In this document: piece after piece, positions 26,266-32,000 of the stretch | Layout of the letters: each line of letters begins with the position of its first letter | Position numbering within the stretch: position 1 is the stretch's first letter | Origin: Schaalia meyeri | GTDB taxonomy: Bacteria > Actinomycetota > Actinomycetes > Actinomycetales > Actinomycetaceae | DNA: 32,000 nt | Reading direction: 5' to 3' | Assembly: GCF_900105015.1 (NCBI RefSeq) | Contig: NZ_FNLK01000005.1 | Span: 120,001-152,000 of the forward strand | Notes under the pieces: model-generated | The model's database searches: none | Seen by the model: the letters and a program-made list of their open reading frames with translations, nothing else | What the model was told of the DNA's origin: nothing | Program-made: the position numbers and the translations under genes

Positions 26266-27618
26266 ATGGCTCGCACGTCCCTGTCAGGCTTCCCCGAATG
26301 GCTTCCTGAGGGCCGCATCATCGAGATGCACGTTCTTGACGAGCTGCGACGCGTGTTTGAATTACACGGCTTCGCGGGGATCGAAACGCGAGCGGTCGAG
26401 TCACTCGAGCAGTTGGAAGCGAAGGGGGAGACCTCGAAGGAGATCTACATCCTGGAGCGCCTGCAAGCCATCAAGGCGGGCGCCTGCGGGGGACGGGCAC
26501 CCAAGGAACGGGGCATGGGTCTGCACTTTGACCTCACTGTTCCTTTCGCCCGCTACGTTGTGGACAACGCGAACGAGTTGGACTTTCCTTTTAAGCGCTA
26601 TCAGATCCAGAAGGTGTGGCGCGGCGAGCGTCCTCAGGACGGTCGCTTCCGTGAGTTCACCCAGGCGGATATCGACGTCGTCGGTAATGGCGAGCTGCCC
26701 TTTCATTTCGAGGTCGACCTCCCATTGGTGATGGCACAGGCCCTCAACAACCTGCCGATTCCACCGGTGCGCGTGCTGGTCAACAACCGTAAGGTTGTCC
26801 AGGGGGTGTGCGAGTCGCTGGGCGTGACGAATATCGAGGCGGCGCTGCGTGGCCTGGACAAGCTCGACAAGGTCGGCCCCGAGGGCGTTGCGAGCGAGTT
26901 GGCTGCCTGCGGAATCAGCGGCGAACAAACGTCCGTTTTGCTGCGGATGGCTCAGATACGTACGGCTGACTCTTCTGAGGTTCGTTCACGACTCGACGCG
27001 ATTGGCGTTGGCGGTCAGCTGTTGGAGCAGGGGCTCGATGAGCTGACGTTGCTCCTTGACACCGCCCGTAGGCGTATGCCCGGCACAGTGGTGGCTGACT
27101 TGAAGATCGCCCGGGGTCTGGACTACTACACGGGCAGCGTTTACGAATCCGAGATCGAGGGGCACGAGGATCTCGGATCGATCTGTTCGGGTGGACGGTA
27201 CGACTCGCTGGCGAAGGACGGTAAGCGTATCTATCCCGGCGTGGGGCTGTCGATTGGCGTCTCTCGGCTGGTGTCGCGGATGATCTCGGCTCCGATGGTG
27301 CGCGCGTCCCGGAAGGTACCGACGGCGGTCGTCGTCGCGGTGAACAACGAGGAGGCACGCGAACGTTCGGAGGGGATCGCGGCGACGCTGCGCGCGCGCG
27401 GCATCTCGACCGATGTTTCCCCCAGCGCGGCGAAGTTCGGCAAGCAGATCAAGTTCGCCGACAGGCGGGGCATCCCCTTTGTCTGGTTTCCGGGCGAGGA
27501 TGGGCAGCCCGACACGGTGAAGGATATCCGCAGCGGAGACCAGCTGGAGGCGGATCCATCCACCTGGACGGTTCCCGAGTCAGACGCGTTCCCTGTGATC
27601 GAGAAGGTGATGGACTGA
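26266..27618 (+). CDS. hisS: histidine--tRNA ligase
   Basis: Class II motif 2 is KVWRGERPQDGRFREFTQADIDVVG. GGRYDSLA and motif 3 GVGLSIGVSRL are present, with a C-terminal anticodon-binding domain. ATG 26266 gives MARTSLSGFPEWLP. Confidence 0.92.
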   Translation: MARTSLSGFPEWLPEGRIIEMHVLDELRRVFELHGFAGIETRAVESLEQLEAKGETSKEIYILERLQAIKAGACGGRAPKERGMGLHFDLTVPFARYVVDNANELDFPFKRYQIQKVWRGERPQDGRFREFTQADIDVVGNGELPFHFEVDLPLVMAQALNNLPIPPVRVLVNNRKVVQGVCESLGVTNIEAALRGLDKLDKVGPEGVASELAACGISGEQTSVLLRMAQIRTADSSEVRSRLDAIGVGGQLLEQGLDELTLLLDTARRRMPGTVVADLKIARGLDYYTGSVYESEIEGHEDLGSICSGGRYDSLAKDGKRIYPGVGLSIGVSRLVSRMISAPMVRASRKVPTAVVVAVNNEEARERSEGIAATLRARGISTDVSPSAAKFGKQIKFADRRGIPFVWFPGEDGQPDTVKDIRSGDQLEADPSTWTVPESDAFPVIEKVMD

Positions 27619-29271
27619 GTGCCGGGCACGGCGGTTGATGCAGCCCGCGGTCTCGCGGATGCTCTCGAAGTGGCGCTGGGGGCGATGCCCCAGGGGTGCC
27701 GCGCCGATGCTGAGCGCGCGCTTCGACGCCTGCAGGATGTGGTGCTTCCTCGTTTGGCAGCCGCGGATGCGCCGATCCTCGTTGTCGTGTGTGGTCCGAC
27801 GGGGTCGGGTAAGTCGACGGTCGTGAACTCTTTGCTTGGCCACAACGTCACTCGTGCGGGAGCCGTGCGTCCCACGACGCGTCGCCCCGTGCTGGCGTGC
27901 TCGCCCGAGGCCCGCGCCTGGTTTATGTCCGACCGCATCCTTCCCCGGCTCGCCAAGCACGCGGAGGAGGACGGACAGAGCCTTGATGCCGTCACGATCG
28001 CGGTGGAGAACTTCCTGTGGCCCGGTGTTGGCGTCCTGGATGCGCCCGATATTGACTCTGTCGAAGAAGGAAACCGCCGCTTGGCTGGGGAACTACTCGA
28101 CGGAGCAGACCTGTGGGTTTTTGTGACCAGCGCTGCACGCTACGCCGACGCTGTCGCGTGGAACCACCTGGAGGAGGCTACTCGGCGCGGCCTGCGCATT
28201 GCAATCGTGCTCAATCGAGTGCCTTTGAGCGCGCGCAGCGTGATTCGCGCTGACATGGAGGCGCTGGCGCGGCGTCGGGGTTTGGGAGACGTTCCGATCA
28301 TGACGATCGACGAGCAGCCGTTGGCCGACGGGCTGCTGCCTATCGAAGCGGTTGCGCCCGTTGGGGCATTCCTCGAATCGATCGGTCGTGACGCGGGCGA
28401 GCGTGCGCGCATCGTTCGTCGCTCGCTGTCGGGCGCCGTGTCCTCCTCTCTCGATGAATCCACCAGGTCGCTGGATGGCGCCCGCGAGAGCATTCGGACC
28501 TTCAACGCCGCGCTGGAGGATATCGACCAGATTGTCGCGGCGTGCGCGCGGAACGTCGCATCCTCGTCCAGCGATGACGTGCTGCGCGGCGAGGTCAGCA
28601 CGCGGATCGCTGATGTCCTGGGCTCGTGGGACATGACCAGGGCGACATCCCGCTTCATGGCGAAGCTTCGCTCCCGCGTCAGGGGGGCCGTCCGGGGCCG
28701 GGGTGGCCCCGAGACTCAGATTCGACGCGACCTGATCGGCGGCGTTGCGCAGCATCTCGCAGATCAGTACCACCGGGCATGGCGGGAGGCATTTCGTCGG
28801 GCCGAGCCCCTCGTGGCCTCGGTGCTACCCGATCCGCTGCTCGACCCGAACGAAGCGGCGCAGCGCTCCCGCCGAACCGCTCAGGAGTGGACCAGCGAGG
28901 TCACGAACATCGTCAGGGGACAGGCCGAGTCGTCACGGCTGACGGGTCGGCTGTTGGCCGGTGGGATCAACGTCGTAACCGTATCCCTCATGGTGAGCGT
29001 CTTTGCGATGACGGGAGGCATCACCGGGATCGAGGTTGGCGTCGCGGGCGCTTCGGCAGCCTTGTCGCAAACGATACTCGAGTCGTACTTCGGTGAGCGG
29101 ACGGTTCGATCGCTCGCGCAGCAGGCACGCGAGTCGCTGGAGCGGCTGGCCAATTCGTCTGTGCGAGACGTGGTCGCTCCGGTGGTCGCCTGCTTGGATC
29201 GCTCCGACGACACGGCTTGTGTCGATTCCCTGGACGCCGCTCTCAAGCGCGCTTCGGAGGTCCTGGTATGA
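27619..29271 (+). CDS. P-loop GTPase with helical middle region and C-terminal hydrophobic segment (dynamin-like / HSR1-like, uncharacterised), paralogue 1
   Basis: G1 is GPTGSGKST (27793-27819). VRPTT is a G2-like Thr motif. LDAPDIDS (28036-28059) occupies the G3 position. VLNRVP is G4-like. An uncharged Gly/Ala/Val-rich hydrophobic stretch LLAGGINVVTVSLMVSVFAMTGGITGIEVGVAGASAALSQTIL lies at 28951-29079. GTG 27619 is the nucleotide directly after the hisS stop. Confidence 0.75.
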   Translation: MPGTAVDAARGLADALEVALGAMPQGCRADAERALRRLQDVVLPRLAAADAPILVVVCGPTGSGKSTVVNSLLGHNVTRAGAVRPTTRRPVLACSPEARAWFMSDRILPRLAKHAEEDGQSLDAVTIAVENFLWPGVGVLDAPDIDSVEEGNRRLAGELLDGADLWVFVTSAARYADAVAWNHLEEATRRGLRIAIVLNRVPLSARSVIRADMEALARRRGLGDVPIMTIDEQPLADGLLPIEAVAPVGAFLESIGRDAGERARIVRRSLSGAVSSSLDESTRSLDGARESIRTFNAALEDIDQIVAACARNVASSSSDDVLRGEVSTRIADVLGSWDMTRATSRFMAKLRSRVRGAVRGRGGPETQIRRDLIGGVAQHLADQYHRAWREAFRRAEPLVASVLPDPLLDPNEAAQRSRRTAQEWTSEVTNIVRGQAESSRLTGRLLAGGINVVTVSLMVSVFAMTGGITGIEVGVAGASAALSQTILESYFGERTVRSLAQQARESLERLANSSVRDVVAPVVACLDRSDDTACVDSLDAALKRASEVLV

Positions 29272-30857
29272 GGCGAGCACCTCACGCGATTACTTCGGCT
29301 GCTGCGCAGCTGGAGCAGGTCTGCTCGCTCGCCGCCAGGGACGTTGACGATGCGACCATGGGACGCATACGCGAACTGATCGATGTCACATCGCAGCGCA
29401 GCGAGCTGGATCCGCAGTGGTGCGTGATCGGCATGATCGGAGGGACGGGGGCCGGCAAATCCTCGCTTGTGAACGCGCTTGGCGGGGGAGAAGTGGTTGC
29501 CGCCGGTGTCCTGCGCCCCACGACGAACGAGGCGTGCGCCGTCCTGCCGCGGGGGCGCGCACCCCGGGAGCTCCTGGGGTGGCTGGGAGTATCACAGCAG
29601 GTTGAGGCTCCCGAGGCGCTGCCCGGCGACACCGTTGTTATCGATATGCCGGACATCGATTCCATCAGGGAAGAACACGCCCAGGTCAGCGATCATCTGG
29701 CGGCACGCGTGGATGCTCTCGTGGTCGTCGTGGACCCGCAGAAGTACGCGGATGCGCGGTTGCACGACGAGTGGTTGGCCCGTTTGCGCCTCTCGCACGC
29801 ATCGGTGACGGTCGCGCTCACTCACATCGACACGCTGGACGCGACCTCCCGCGATGTCATCCAGCGGGATCTGCGTCGTATCCTCGATGCTCGCGGTTTG
29901 GCGGGCGCGCGTATCGTGCCGGTGTCCGCAACGAGCGGCGAAGGAATCGATGCCCTGGCGAAGCACCTCGCACGTGAGGCGGCGCGAGTCTCGCGTGAGG
30001 CGGCGCGAGCCCAGGCCTCCCTGCGTGAAGCCGCCGCGATTCTACGCGACGCCTTGGGTCTTACCGGCAGGGTGCGCGGTGTGGAGACGGACGGGCTGGC
30101 GGGAGGCCTGGCCAGGGCCGCTGCGGACCTGGCGGGTGCCTCCGTCATTTCTGAGGCCGTGGCCGCCTCGACGCTGCGGACGGGCAGACGTGTGGGTGGC
30201 TGGCTTCCGTTGCGCTGGCTGCCCCTCCTGGGCGCCGATCCGCTGCGGCGCCTTCACCTTGATGCCGAGTCGCGTTCAGACGATGGGAATACGCCGACGT
30301 TGCCGACTCGCTCGGCATCTGACGAAGCCACCTTCGTGAACGCCGTGCGCCGCGGGATCGGGCAGCGTTCGCAGGGGCGTCCAGCGCGCTGGCGTAGCCT
30401 CCTGGTTGATCGTGCGCTCGAAGGCGCGCGTGCCGTGCCCGCTGCCGCTCACCGCGAGGTGTCGCAGCACGTCCAGGTGTCCACCGGCGCACCGTCGGCG
30501 AGCAGGGTTTTGGGTTGGGTTCAGCTGCTCGCGTGGGTTGCGTGCATCCTGAGCGTGACGTGGATCGCCCTGGTGCACCTGGGGCGCGCCGCATTGATCG
30601 ACGCGCAGGTGCCGGCCTTCGGACGGATTCCCGTGCCCACGGCACTCGCCCTTGTCTCGTTCCTGTTTACTTTCGTCTGCGCGGGGGTGAACCGCAGCCT
30701 GTGCAGGTGGGTTGCGTCGCGACGCCGCCGCGCGATCATGACGGACCTGGAGGCCCTGTGTCGTTGCGAGGTCGAGCGACTCGTGATTGGGCCCGTTCGT
30801 ACGGAAGATAACCGGCAGGTAACGATCGCTTCTTTTATCGCCAGACTATCCCTGTGA
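29268..30857 (+). CDS. P-loop GTPase with C-terminal two-helix membrane hairpin, paralogue 2
   Basis: G1 is GGTGAGKSS (29439-29465). The other motifs are LRPTT, IDMPDIDS (29640-29663), LTHID (G4-like) and VSATSGEG (G5-like). Two hydrophobic helices, VLGWVQLLAWVACILSVTWIALVHL and IPVPTALALVSFLFTFVCAGV, lie at 30507-30689. ATG 29268 overlaps the paralogue 1 stop (ATGA). Confidence 0.75.
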   Translation: MRRAPHAITSAAAQLEQVCSLAARDVDDATMGRIRELIDVTSQRSELDPQWCVIGMIGGTGAGKSSLVNALGGGEVVAAGVLRPTTNEACAVLPRGRAPRELLGWLGVSQQVEAPEALPGDTVVIDMPDIDSIREEHAQVSDHLAARVDALVVVVDPQKYADARLHDEWLARLRLSHASVTVALTHIDTLDATSRDVIQRDLRRILDARGLAGARIVPVSATSGEGIDALAKHLAREAARVSREAARAQASLREAAAILRDALGLTGRVRGVETDGLAGGLARAAADLAGASVISEAVAASTLRTGRRVGGWLPLRWLPLLGADPLRRLHLDAESRSDDGNTPTLPTRSASDEATFVNAVRRGIGQRSQGRPARWRSLLVDRALEGARAVPAAAHREVSQHVQVSTGAPSASRVLGWVQLLAWVACILSVTWIALVHLGRAALIDAQVPAFGRIPVPTALALVSFLFTFVCAGVNRSLCRWVASRRRRAIMTDLEALCRCEVERLVIGPVRTEDNRQVTIASFIARLSL

Positions 30858-30975
30858 GCGCCTCACGGCAGCGGTAGGCGCGGTGGAACAGTGAGTTCGC
30901 CGACCACACGCCTCGCGACGCGTGTTCCCCGGGTATGCTGGGTGCAGCGATGAGGCGCTGCCCCTTGTTATGGTG

Positions 30976-31000
30976 CCCGCGAGAAGCGGGATTTGTTGTT
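30976..31000 (+). terminator. weak terminator candidate downstream of the GTPase pair
   Basis: CCCGC-gagaa-GCGGG (5-bp all-GC stem) is followed by ATTTGTTGTT. The stem is short and lies about 120 nt after the stop codon. Confidence 0.25.
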
Positions 31001-31080
31001 ATGGGTGAGGCCGCGCCGAGGAGCCGAGATGGCCCGCCCCGATGGTTTTGCTAACCGAATTGCAACACGCAAGGATGACT

Positions 31081-32000
31081 ATGCCTGCCGACGACCACAT
31101 TGAATACTCCGAGGCCGAGCGCGCAAAGGCCTGCAGCGAGGAGGAGAACCCCGGCCTCGTCGAAGAAGAGCACGCCGACGCCAGCCTCAAGCTCGACCCC
31201 GATGCCCGCGACGAGGAAGAAGACGCGGACGCGGTGACCTTTGCCAGCCTGGGCCTGCCCGACGAGATTCTGGCTGCGGTTACCGACATGGGGTTCCGCA
31301 TCCCGACGCCGATCCAGGCAGCTGCGATCCCGCCTCTGCTGGAGCTGCGCGACGTCGTTGGCATCGCCCAGACGGGCACCGGGAAGACCGCAGCCTTCGG
31401 TCTTCCGATGCTGGCCATCGTCGATGCTGACGAGCGCGACGTGCAGGCTTTGGTGTTGGCTCCCACCCGCGAACTCGCGATGCAGAGTGCGCAAGCCGTC
31501 GAGGATTTTGCGGCGCGCACCGCGCGTCTCGACGTCGTTCCGGTCTACGGTGGCTCGCCGTACGGCCCGCAGATCGGTGCCCTCAAACGGGGCGCGCAGG
31601 TCGTCGTCGGTACCCCCGGGCGCGTCATCGACCTGATCGAAAAGGGAGCGTTGGATCTGTCGAACGTGCGCATGCTGGTGCTTGACGAAGCTGACGAGAT
31701 GCTGCGTATGGGCTTTGCGGAGGACGTGGAGACCATCGCGTCGAGCGTACCCGAGGATCGCCTCACCGCGCTGTTTAGCGCGACGATGCCAGCGGCCATC
31801 GAGAAGGTGGCCCGGGAGCACCTGAAGGACCCTGTGAAGGTCGCCGTGTCGACGGAGTCCTCCACGGTCGACACGATTCACCAGACCTACGCGGTTGTTC
31901 CCTACAAGCACAAGATCGGTGCCCTTTCGCGCGTCCTGGCGACGCGAGCCCAGCACATCGCCCGCGGACAGGAGGAAGCCGATGCCGCTATCGTCTTTGT
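31081..32000 (+). CDS. DEAD-box ATP-dependent RNA helicase, N-terminal part (3' end beyond the window)
   Basis: It is missing from the ORF track because no stop codon is reached. My own translation shows an acidic N-terminal tail followed by the helicase motifs. These are Q motif F..LGL...TPIQAAAIP, motif I AQTGTGKTAAF, Ia PTRELA, Ib GTPGRV, II DEADEML and III SAT. ATG 31081 has AAGGA 5 nt upstream; ATG 31075 or 31042 are alternatives. Confidence 0.9.
   Translation, partial: MPADDHIEYSEAERAKACSEEENPGLVEEEHADASLKLDPDARDEEEDADAVTFASLGLPDEILAAVTDMGFRIPTPIQAAAIPPLLELRDVVGIAQTGTGKTAAFGLPMLAIVDADERDVQALVLAPTRELAMQSAQAVEDFAARTARLDVVPVYGGSPYGPQIGALKRGAQVVVGTPGRVIDLIEKGALDLSNVRMLVLDEADEMLRMGFAEDVETIASSVPEDRLTALFSATMPAAIEKVAREHLKDPVKVAVSTESSTVDTIHQTYAVVPYKHKIGALSRVLATRAQHIARGQEEADAAIVF

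Noticed and set aside
1-32000. Scan for CRISPR repeats, IS/transposase or integrase genes, toxin-antitoxin pairs, prophage genes and obvious defence-island content.
   Set aside because: None seen. Every sizeable ORF is accounted for by housekeeping or conserved hypothetical genes, and no spaced direct repeats were noticed. A by-eye scan cannot exclude short or degenerate repeats.

Overview
High-GC actinobacterial core-chromosome segment, tightly packed and mostly on the + strand, with about 29 protein-coding genes. I saw no rRNA, tRNA, CRISPR array, transposase or integrase. Gene order: prsW (5'-truncated), NUDIX hydrolase, serB-glgC (minus strand) divergent from glgA, orphan ABC ATPase, nfeD, SPFH/stomatin, glnA2-type GS, glnE, histidine phosphatase, 73-aa Cys/His ORF (minus), SixA-like phosphatase, yebC, pdxS, pdxT, ruvC, ruvA, ruvB, yajC, secD, secF, apt, rel, DUF349, MBL hydrolase, hisS, two paralogous membrane-anchored GTPases, DEAD-box helicase (3'-truncated). 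As far as I recall, the ruv-yajC-secDF-apt-rel...hisS backbone matches Mycobacterium, Streptomyces and Corynebacterium. Many junctions are 1-4 nt start/stop overlaps (GTGA/ATGA), so the ORF-track starts were re-picked where a canonical N-terminus or RBS indicated a shorter gene. The least explained element is the translationally coupled GTPase pair directly after hisS. It has a dynamin-like layout (GTPase, helical region, hydrophobic hairpin), and both copies carry D-x-P-D where DxxG is expected. Other points worth a second look: the GS coupled to glnE has Trp at the adenylylation Tyr position, a small C-x4-C...C-x2-H ORF sits between two histidine phosphatases, a perfect 14-bp hairpin lies 23 nt before rel, and a cluster of mutually exclusive CACACC/GGTGTG hairpins sits in the DUF349 leader. 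All family calls come from motif recognition by eye. No database search was run.
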